The translations under genes and the position numbers were made by a program. From an uncultured Acidobacteriota bacterium (lineage in GTDB: Bacteria > Acidobacteriota > Terriglobia > Terriglobales > Acidobacteriaceae), in contig CAWIFC010000003.1 in the NCBI GenBank assembly GCA_963835275.1, positions 10,202 through 74,201 of the forward strand: 64,000 nucleotides of DNA, written 5' to 3'. The notes beneath the pieces were generated by a model. It saw nothing but the letters and a program-made list of their open reading frames with translations. It made no database searches and was not told the origin of the DNA. The first letter of the stretch is position 1. Each line of letters starts with the position of its first letter. Of the stretch, positions 57,113-64,000 are shown piece by piece.

Positions 57113-58360
57113 TTATGGCTGGAACATGCGGCTCTTCGCCGCGATGTCCGCCTCCTGGATGATGACCGCGTCGGCTGTGACTTGGGCCTTTAGTGGTACG
57201 GGATTGCATCCGCCAGGCATTCCGACCGATTGCGGATTGATGGGAGCAGCACAGTTCTTGCAGACCACTCCGTTCGGCCCTTTGTAAAACCCAACCGCAC
57301 CGCAGATTTCGCAGGCATCAAGAACGGTGGCGATCTTGCCATCCGGCTTCTGGTACAGCCAGAAGCGCACGGTGCTGCCATTCTCCTGGGCGGCAAAGCG
57401 GTGCAAATCGCCATCTTGAACCTGCGTGAGCGGAATGCTGACCTGGCCATTTACAAAGGTAATCTCGGTTGCTGGCGACAACGCGCTCACGCTCTTGGTG
57501 TAGATGAACTCGGCGGTGACAAGGACGATGAAGACAAAGGAACTGGCATAGACGGAGGCCATCCACAAACGTTCGCGGCGTGCGGTCCAAACTGCTTTCC
57601 GCCTTTCAGCAGCGGAGGCGGGCAACGCGGATGGTTCGCGCCGCTTGACCTCGAACAGCACCATGAGCGCGGCCAGGGCGAAAATCGTGATGAAAAAGAA
57701 CAGGTCATTGCGCACGATCGGACCAATGATCGCCATCTCCGTCTTCGAAGAAGGAAGAACGCCGTTTTCGGAAAGCTCGTGCAGGCCGGAGATCACCAAC
57801 TGCGCAGCCACGAAGAACAAAATCACTGTAGTGACGCGAAAGAACTTTTGCAGATTGATGCGGACGCTGCCCTTGACGAACATTACGCCGAATGCAACGG
57901 CGGCGATCACACCCAGAAATGTGCCCAGGAAGCTGAGCAGTTCGGTCGAGTTCAGGGAGACGGCCGAGAGAATCAGGACGGTCTCTACACCCTCCCGCAG
58001 CACCATGAGGAATACGAACGCGAAAAGCCCGAACCACGCGTTCCGGCCCGCCAGCAGCCCAACTTTGCCCTCGATCTCGCCCTTCAGTTTGCGGCCCGTT
58101 TTCATCATGAAAACGATCATGGTGACAACGAAGAAGGCAGCGGCCAGCATGACCCAGCCTTCGAAAATGTCTTGATTCCAGCGGGTGCGGGAGAGAAGGG
58201 CGGCTACTCCCAGGCTGCCGACGAAAGCGGAGATCAGGGCCGCATAGACGGACTTACGCAGTTCCGGGCGATTGATTTTGGAAAGATATGCCAGGGTAAT
58301 CCCCACGATCAGGGCGGCTTCGACCCCTTCTCGCAAAGTAACGATGAATGCTTCTAACAT
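57113..58360 (-). CDS. FTR1-family iron permease fused to a C-terminal DUF2318-like Cys-rich domain
   Basis: Two RExxE motifs (TLREGVEAAL and VLREGVETVL) lie in a 7-TM body. A further TM segment follows, then LHRF...RFWLYQKPDGKIATVLDACEICGAVGFYKGPNGVVCKNCAAPINPQSVGMPGGCNPVPL. Confidence 0.8.
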   Translation of the reverse strand: MLEAFIVTLREGVEAALIVGITLAYLSKINRPELRKSVYAALISAFVGSLGVAALLSRTRWNQDIFEGWVMLAAAFFVVTMIVFMMKTGRKLKGEIEGKVGLLAGRNAWFGLFAFVFLMVLREGVETVLILSAVSLNSTELLSFLGTFLGVIAAVAFGVMFVKGSVRINLQKFFRVTTVILFFVAAQLVISGLHELSENGVLPSSKTEMAIIGPIVRNDLFFFITIFALAALMVLFEVKRREPSALPASAAERRKAVWTARRERLWMASVYASSFVFIVLVTAEFIYTKSVSALSPATEITFVNGQVSIPLTQVQDGDLHRFAAQENGSTVRFWLYQKPDGKIATVLDACEICGAVGFYKGPNGVVCKNCAAPINPQSVGMPGGCNPVPLKAQVTADAVIIQEADIAAKSRMFQP

Positions 58361-58390
58361 CTAAGAAATGGCCTCGACTTTTAGAGTTAC

Positions 58391-58421
58391 GATATTGAAA
58401 ATGAATTTCAATTTCATTATC
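58391..58421 (-). promoter_or_regulatory. AT-rich Fur-box-like palindromic operator
   Basis: The minus strand reads GATAATGAAATTGAAATTCATTTTCAATATC. The first 8 nt equal the Fur consensus start GATAATGA. The core AATGAAATTGAAATTCATT is 16/19 self-complementary. It lies 31-61 nt upstream of the FTR1 ATG. Confidence 0.5.
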
Positions 58422-58422
58422 T

Positions 58423-58452
58423 AGGATAGTCTTTCGCCTTCTGCGGCGTCAA
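58423..58452 (-). promoter_or_regulatory. candidate sigma70-type promoter TTGACG-N18-TATCCT for the iron operon
   Basis: On the minus strand, -35 is at 58447..58452 and -10 is at 58423..58428, directly abutting the Fur-like box. Confidence 0.4.
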
Positions 58453-58526
58453 CGCGCGAGATCACGAGCGATTGTGATCTGAATCACGCAGTTTTTAGTT
58501 AGGATGCCGACCCGGCTCCGTTAGAT

Positions 58527-59213
58527 TTAAAGACGTTGAAGAAAAGCTTTGGCACGATCCAGATGCGGGAAGAGTCTTTCTTCCGCCTGGAACTCCGCCG
58601 AATGCACGCAGCGGCGGCTGCCTCGCAGTTTCACCGGATGTTTCAAGTGCAGCATTTCGTGATAAACGATGTATTCCACCGCGAAGGAGGGTACTCGCGG
58701 GTGATCGAAGACGCGGCTCACGACGATGGCATTGTGCGCGGGGTCGTAGTGGCCGAGGCGGTTGCGGGCGTGATCGCGGCTCCAGCTCATCTGCGGTCGA
58801 GCCAGCAGGCCGTAGAAGAATCGCGTGTTCAGGTCATCGAAAACATTTTCCAGATTGTAGGTTCGACCCTGGGGACTTTCGATTCGTTTACGGCCGCGCA
58901 TCTGCCGAACGAGGTGAGCTTTTCTGGCGATGTCGTGGCCGGAAACGTAGCGGCGATACCGCCTCGCGTGCGTTCGCTCGATGGGCTTGCGGTACATCTT
59001 GGCCAGGAGGATGTGAGCGATGGCACGCAACACCGGGTCAGGAGCCCCTTCCAGCAGGTCCGAAAGGCGGACAAACAGCTTTCCCTCCCGCATGCGGATG
59101 GTGTTGTTGATATTCACAAAAGCGAAGAACTCAACAGCAAGCTCCGGCATGGGCGCACGTGGACGCAGTTCGCTATAGGTTTCCTGAAAGATGTGCAGCA
59201 GCCCGTCTCTCAC
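58527..59213 (-). CDS. YgjP/SprT-like (DUF45-type) zinc metallopeptidase-fold protein
   Basis: HExxH is present in YIVYHEMLHLKHP, followed by VHSAEFQAEERLFP as in YgjP-like proteins. The opposite-strand 236-aa ORF was rejected. Confidence 0.6.
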   Translation of the reverse strand: MRDGLLHIFQETYSELRPRAPMPELAVEFFAFVNINNTIRMREGKLFVRLSDLLEGAPDPVLRAIAHILLAKMYRKPIERTHARRYRRYVSGHDIARKAHLVRQMRGRKRIESPQGRTYNLENVFDDLNTRFFYGLLARPQMSWSRDHARNRLGHYDPAHNAIVVSRVFDHPRVPSFAVEYIVYHEMLHLKHPVKLRGSRRCVHSAEFQAEERLFPHLDRAKAFLQRL

Positions 59214-59314
59214 CTTGCGGTTAGATTAGCATGGACGAAATCTTAAAACGCAGAGAGCGCGGAGGTCTCGCGGAGGACGCTGCGAAAACGTTGGTATCCC
59301 CCCCATGAGGAGAT

Positions 59315-59845
59315 TCACTTTTTCTTATGCTTGAATGCTTCTTCTTGCTCGTTTAACAACTGCCGGTGGTCCCGCAAGCTGCTATCGACGGTATCGAGCA
59401 CACTGGTCAGCAGGAAATCGTATTGCCTGGATTCTTCTTTCTTGGTGTCGACCGAGCTTTTCAGAGCCCGGAGCTTGGCTTGAAATTCGGTGTCGGCTTC
59501 GATGACCGCCTTCAAAGGCTTGCGCAGATCCGACTTTCGTTCCACGAAGGTATCGATGTTATCGTCCATCTCATCATAAAGATCGAGAAAGTTTTGCAGC
59601 CGGTCGTGGGTTTGCTGGGCACGGTCTGTGATCTTGGGATCGGCGCGCATCTGTTCGAGCGAGGCCAGCCGGGTGCGCGCAAACTCGATGTATAGCCTAA
59701 GGCGATCACCAGGTTCCTGGGCAGCGTCGCGCAACTGGTCGGCTTCGATCGGAGTAAGCGGGTCGCTACGCCGCTGCGCCCACGCCGTCGAGAGCAGCGA
59801 AATCGCCAAGACAACGTGCCCGACCTTGCTCGAGGTAGAAATCAC
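59315..59845 (-). CDS. secreted all-helical hypothetical protein (paralog B)
   Basis: GTG start with GTGA overlap. Signal peptide present. GDRLRLYIEFARTRLASLEQ resembles the upstream paralog. Confidence 0.6.
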   Translation of the reverse strand: MISTSSKVGHVVLAISLLSTAWAQRRSDPLTPIEADQLRDAAQEPGDRLRLYIEFARTRLASLEQMRADPKITDRAQQTHDRLQNFLDLYDEMDDNIDTFVERKSDLRKPLKAVIEADTEFQAKLRALKSSVDTKKEESRQYDFLLTSVLDTVDSSLRDHRQLLNEQEEAFKHKKK

Positions 59846-60279
59846 TTTCCCTTGCCAAACATGTGGGACAACAGGTCGGTGCGCAAGCTCTCCAGCCGGT
59901 CGGCCGCTGCCTGCACCGGTGCTTGATCGTCAAAGTTCAACGTGCGTTTGATGTCTCGCAACTTGGCCGCCATTTTTCTAAAGTCAATTTCCGTATTCTT
60001 AAGTTTCTTACCGGACTGGATGGCGGCGTCGTGCGCCCTTTCCGAATAGGTCACCACATCTTTCACCGCAGCCTGGGCGTTCTCCACTTTGCCCACCGTG
60101 AAAGACTCGTCGGCGGTTTTGAGTTGGCGCTCGGCGATCTCCACGTACAAAGCTGCACGATCGTCAGGCTTAGCCGCATCTGCCCGCGCGATGAGGTCCT
60201 GCAGCGATTCCGGTTTAGAGGCGAATACCGACAGTGCAGTCGCCAGGAGAATCGCGGTAATTGGAATCGGGGAACGCAT
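59842..60279 (-). CDS. secreted all-helical hypothetical protein (paralog A)
   Basis: Signal peptide MRSPIPITAILLATALSVFA, then DDRAALYVEIAERQLKTADE. Confidence 0.6.
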   Translation of the reverse strand: MRSPIPITAILLATALSVFASKPESLQDLIARADAAKPDDRAALYVEIAERQLKTADESFTVGKVENAQAAVKDVVTYSERAHDAAIQSGKKLKNTEIDFRKMAAKLRDIKRTLNFDDQAPVQAAADRLESLRTDLLSHMFGKGK

Positions 60280-60285
60280 ACTCTT

Positions 60286-61605
60286 TTATTTCTTCGGCTC
60301 GATCGCGATTAGGCGATGCCGAGCTTGCCACTCCTGATCAGGATACTGTCCGTTCGCCAGTTCAAGAAAGCGATGATAATTCTGTGCCGCCATTTTATAG
60401 TCCCGCAAGTGATCGTAGGCGCTGGCGCGAAGAAAATAGCTGACGGGAATCTCGGGTAGAAACTTGGCGCGCGCATCCGCTGCCTTGATCGCGAGCGCGT
60501 AGGCCTTGTTCTGATCGGCCGCCACCGCCAAATCGCCGTAGGCCTCGCCGAAATCGGGTTTAAGCTTGACCGCGATCAGCAATTCCTGTTGCGCGTCCGC
60601 GTACTTCCTCTGCTTCAAGAGAGCCACGCCCAGATAATGATGCAATTGAGCGCTGTCCGGCTTGGCGGCCAGCATCGAGCGGTACAAGGCTTCGGCCTGA
60701 TCGTATTTCTTGCTCTGGAGATAAAGATCGCCGAGTTCGTCTTGCACGAGAGGATTTGTAGGATCGAGCTTCTGCGCTGCCTGCAATTGAGCGGCTGCGT
60801 CGTCATTCTTTCCAACGACGGCAAGGACGCGCGCAAATTGCAATCGGGCAGACAGATCGTTTGGGTGCATCGCAGTGATTTTGCCTAATATCTCTTCGGC
60901 ATCCACATAGCGCTGTGCACGCATGTAGATGTTCGCCAGACCGGTTAAGGCATCGGTGGAGGCCGGGTCGAGGGCCAGCGCTTGCCTGTATTCTTGCTCC
61001 GCGTCGGCAAAACGATTCTCCTTCTCCAACAGCGACCCCGCCGAAAGATGAGGTTCCGGATCTTTGGGCTCGAGAGCAGCGGCCTGCTTATAAGCCTCGA
61101 TGGCTTGGTCGGGCTTAGTCGTCTTCAGAACAAGCGCCAGAGACAACCAGGCGCTAGCGTGGCCTTCGTCCACATTGGCGGTGGGTTTCAGGGTGGTCGC
61201 AGCACGCAGAAACTGCTCCGCATCCGGTTGGCCAGTCTTCGCCAGCATGAGTCCAAGATTCAGATTGGCCTCGAAGACATCGGGCTTGGCGGATACAGAC
61301 TTACGATACGCAGCAATCGATTCGGGAGCGTTTCCCATGCCGTTATACACAAATCCCAAATCGAACCATGCCTGAAAGTTGCCGGGATCGGCGCCGACCA
61401 CCTTTCTTAGCAGCGGCTCGGCCGACGCGTAGTCGTGCTTCTCGATGGCGCTCTCGGCTTGTGTGAGCTCCGGGGGGGACGACGAATCTTGCTCGACGAT
61501 TCTGTGATGACGTACGGTCTGGCCGGTGCTCTGGGCGAATGCTGTCGCTCCGAGGTAAAGCCCCAGAACGAGCAGCCCAACCCGGGTTGGTTTATTTGCC
61601 CCCAT
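60286..61605 (-). CDS. secreted tetratricopeptide-repeat protein
   Basis: Signal peptide and about 9 TPR units (A.YR.AL.L.P....A...LG). Confidence 0.8.
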   Translation of the reverse strand: MGANKPTRVGLLVLGLYLGATAFAQSTGQTVRHHRIVEQDSSSPPELTQAESAIEKHDYASAEPLLRKVVGADPGNFQAWFDLGFVYNGMGNAPESIAAYRKSVSAKPDVFEANLNLGLMLAKTGQPDAEQFLRAATTLKPTANVDEGHASAWLSLALVLKTTKPDQAIEAYKQAAALEPKDPEPHLSAGSLLEKENRFADAEQEYRQALALDPASTDALTGLANIYMRAQRYVDAEEILGKITAMHPNDLSARLQFARVLAVVGKNDDAAAQLQAAQKLDPTNPLVQDELGDLYLQSKKYDQAEALYRSMLAAKPDSAQLHHYLGVALLKQRKYADAQQELLIAVKLKPDFGEAYGDLAVAADQNKAYALAIKAADARAKFLPEIPVSYFLRASAYDHLRDYKMAAQNYHRFLELANGQYPDQEWQARHRLIAIEPKK

Positions 61606-64000
61606 TCCGCGACGATCCGTTTCCGTTTAATATACCTGCCAGAAATTTTCCCGTGTACGAATTCGGCAAGTCGGCAATCGCTTCCGGCGGGCCCGCGCCG
61701 ACGATATGGCCGCCACGCTCACCGCCCTCGGGACCGAGATCGATTACCCAATCCGCGGTCTTGATCACCTCGAGGTTGTGCTCGATCACCAGGATTGAGC
61801 CTCCTGCATCGATTAGACGGCGAAAGGCGGAGAGTAGTTTGCTGATGTCGTCAAAATGCAGCCCGGTGGTCGGCTCATCAAAAATATATAGAATGTGCCG
61901 TCTGCGGCGAGGCTCGTCCGTCGACTGAGACAGTCGCCTTGCCTCGCGCGCCGCTGGCTGCAGGTGCGCCGCGAGCTTCATCCGCTGGGCCTCGCCGCCG
62001 GAGAGCGTCGTGGCCGATTGTCCCAGCCGCAAATAACCGAGACCGACTTCCTCCAACACCCGCAGTTTGTCCACAATCTTGGGCGCGCTGGCGAAGAATT
62101 GCAACGCTTCTTTGACGGTCAGGTTCAAGGCTTCGTGAATATTTTTTCCACGATAACGAATTTCCAACACCTGCGGTTTGTAGCGCGCGCCCTTGCACTC
62201 TTCGCAGATGAGTTCCACGTCGGCCAGAAACTGCATCTCCACCGTGACCGTCCCGTCGCCCTGGCAAGTCTCACAGCGTCCACCAGGAATGTTGAAAGAG
62301 AAATGCCCGGCGGTGAACCCGCGTTTCTTGGACTCGGGTAGGGAAGCAAACAGATCGCGGATGCCGTCGAAGGCCTTGGTATAAGTGACAGGATTGGAGC
62401 GCGGGGTGCGCCCGATGGGCGATTGATCCACCAGCACGACCTCGTCGATAAACTCCGCCCCTTCGACTCGATCCCACAACGCAGCGGCGACGGGAGTTCC
62501 GTCAGGCTGCCTCTTGGCAGCGGACAGCGCCTGGTAGAGCACGTCATGTAATAGCGTGGACTTCCCAGACCCGGAGACGCCGGTAATGGCCACCAGCATC
62601 CGCAGCGGAACCTCGAGGTCGATCCTTTTCAAGTTGTGGGCACGAGCACCGTAAATCCTGATTTGCTGCGGCCCAGGCTTGCGACGAACGGCCGGTATCT
62701 GGATGCGCAGTTCGTCGGAGAGATAGCGCCCGGTGAGCGAACCGGGCATTTTCTGGATCTGATCGTAGGTTCCCGCCGCAATGACCTTGCCGCCATTCTC
62801 CCCGGCGCCCGGCCCGAGGTCGAGAATTGTGTCGGATGCCTGCATAACGTCACGGTCATGCTCGACCACCAGAATCGTGTTACCCAGGTCGCGCAAATTG
62901 TGCAGTATTTTGATTAGGAGATGCGTATCCCGGCTGTGCAATCCAATGGATGGCTCATCCAGCACGTAAAGCGTTCCTACCAGGCGGGAGCCCAACGAAG
63001 TGGCCAGTTGAATGCGCTGGGCTTCGCCGCCCGACAACGTGGACGCCAGCCGGTCGAGCGTCAGATACTCCAGCCCTACTTCATTCAGGAACCGCAGGCG
63101 CTCGCGGATCTCCAGCAGCAGCCTGTCGGCAATGCCTTTTTCCTGGTCCGTCAAAGCAAGCGCTTCAAAGAACTTCGACGCGGCTTCGACCGTCATGCAG
63201 CAGACATCGCAGATATTCTTGCCGTTGATCTTCACCTGTCGCGCCTCGATGCGCAGGCGGGCTCCATGGCAGGTGGAACACACGGAATATCCCCGATAGC
63301 GGCTCAGGAATACGCGGACATGAAGCTTGTACTTCTTCCGCTCCAAATAGTTAAAGAAACCGCGCACTCCCGGAAAACGCCCTTCGCCTTCAATCAACAG
63401 TCGCTGATGTTCGCGATCCAGTTCGTTCCAGGGCACATCCAGAGGAATGTTGGCTTGTCGAGCGAAGCGCTTCAGGTCGGTGAACAGAGAGCGGTACTTA
63501 GGCTTGGTCCAAGGCTCGATCGCCCCCTCGTTCAGGCTTAGTGATTTGTCGGGAATTACCAGCTCCAAATCAAAGTCGATCGTGTTGCCGAACCCCTGGC
63601 AGCGCGGGCATGCACCGTACGGATTGTTGAACGAGAACAGTCGCGGCTCTGGTTCCTCGTAGCGAATGTTGCAGGCCTTGCATTCGAAACGCTGGGAGAA
63701 GCGCAATCGCTCCGAAGCTTTTGCTTCGCGCGGGGCGGTCTCGAAGATGACTTCGCCGGACTCTCGATAGCTGATCTCAACCGCATCCACGATCCGGGCC
63801 CGGGATTCCGCCGATACCACGAGCCGATCCACCAGTAGAAAAACGGGTTCTGCAAAGTTAATGTTCAGCAGCGACTCGGGTGTAGAGAACTCGAAGATCT
63901 GCCCGCTCTGATAGAGGCGGTTGAATCCGCGAGTGCGGAGATCGAGCAGGCGGATCTTGAGTTGATCAGATGGAGGATTGTTAGCATCCGTCTTCACTTT
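61592..64000 (-). CDS. uvrA: excinuclease ABC subunit A, N-terminus beyond window edge
   Basis: Zinc-finger CxxC pairs, LSGGEAQR twice, [10 protein letters not shown] and DEPT(T/S)GLH. The M at 63997 is an internal GTG, and the frame is still open at 64000. Confidence 0.92.
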   Translation of the reverse strand, partial: KVKTDANNPPSDQLKIRLLDLRTRGFNRLYQSGQIFEFSTPESLLNINFAEPVFLLVDRLVVSAESRARIVDAVEISYRESGEVIFETAPREAKASERLRFSQRFECKACNIRYEEPEPRLFSFNNPYGACPRCQGFGNTIDFDLELVIPDKSLSLNEGAIEPWTKPKYRSLFTDLKRFARQANIPLDVPWNELDREHQRLLIEGEGRFPGVRGFFNYLERKKYKLHVRVFLSRYRGYSVCSTCHGARLRIEARQVKINGKNICDVCCMTVEAASKFFEALALTDQEKGIADRLLLEIRERLRFLNEVGLEYLTLDRLASTLSGGEAQRIQLATSLGSRLVGTLYVLDEPSIGLHSRDTHLLIKILHNLRDLGNTILVVEHDRDVMQASDTILDLGPGAGENGGKVIAAGTYDQIQKMPGSLTGRYLSDELRIQIPAVRRKPGPQQIRIYGARAHNLKRIDLEVPLRMLVAITGVSGSGKSTLLHDVLYQALSAAKRQPDGTPVAAALWDRVEGAEFIDEVVLVDQSPIGRTPRSNPVTYTKAFDGIRDLFASLPESKKRGFTAGHFSFNIPGGRCETCQGDGTVTVEMQFLADVELICEECKGARYKPQVLEIRYRGKNIHEALNLTVKEALQFFASAPKIVDKLRVLEEVGLGYLRLGQSATTLSGGEAQRMKLAAHLQPAAREARRLSQSTDEPRRRRHILYIFDEPTTGLHFDDISKLLSAFRRLIDAGGSILVIEHNLEVIKTADWVIDLGPEGGERGGHIVGAGPPEAIADLPNSYTGKFLAGILNGNGSSRNGGK

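Noticed and set aside
57230-58357. 375-aa + strand ORF.
   Set aside because: It is antisense to the FTR1 permease gene. The membrane-protein frame on the minus strand carries the RExxE motifs.
58536-59246. 236-aa + strand ORF opposite the YgjP-like gene.
   Set aside because: The minus-strand frame contains an HExxH motif in a recognisable YgjP/SprT-like context. The + frame has no motif, and its start overlaps a spacer without an SD. This one was a closer call than the other antisense ORFs.

Overview
GC-rich bacterial chromosomal segment. Gene content points to Acidobacteriota: a GloVer-repeat protein, orphan MacB/FtsX-type permeases, a Ser/Thr kinase fused to a TolB-like propeller, and many secreted hypothetical proteins. 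This assignment is an inference and was not searched. I call about 59 protein-coding genes. I found no rRNA, tRNA, CRISPR array, transposase or integrase. Blocks from left to right: (1) a minus-strand chain mutS-nagZ-anmK plus an orphan family-5 solute-binding lipoprotein, ymdB and a HAD hydrolase; (2) a GalT-like HIT enzyme; (3) a haem operon, hemX-like/hemA/hemC/paiB-like/hemD; (4) an S9 peptidase, nth, DedA, secreted hypotheticals, DUF2780 and inositol-3-phosphate synthase; (5) LysR plus a YeiH-like exporter and a Tat-signal PLP enzyme; (6) a more accessory-looking stretch (26.7-36.4 kb) with small Cys-rich proteins, an M48 peptidase, a GloVer protein, an ECF sigma with a soluble zinc anti-sigma, and a GAF-like protein; (7) an oxidoreductase, a lactonase propeller, an OM beta-barrel, the STK-TolB kinase, Slt-type lytic transglycosylase and a frameshifted PQQ-like propeller; (8) two orphan MacB-like permeases, GlcG, lspA, TonB, GNAT and murI; (9) an iron-uptake operon: an FTR1 permease fused to DUF2318, two FtsX permeases, and an ABC ATPase fused to a DtxR-like metal-sensor module, behind a Fur-box-like operator; (10) a YgjP-like peptidase, two paralogous secreted helical proteins, a TPR protein and uvrA (partial). 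The most novel-looking item is the ATPase-DtxR fusion in a version of the Ftr1 system that has no P19 gene. Several short palindromic repeat families are dispersed through the window, and one copy sits in frame inside hemD. All calls rest on reading the sequence and recalled family motifs. No database search was run.
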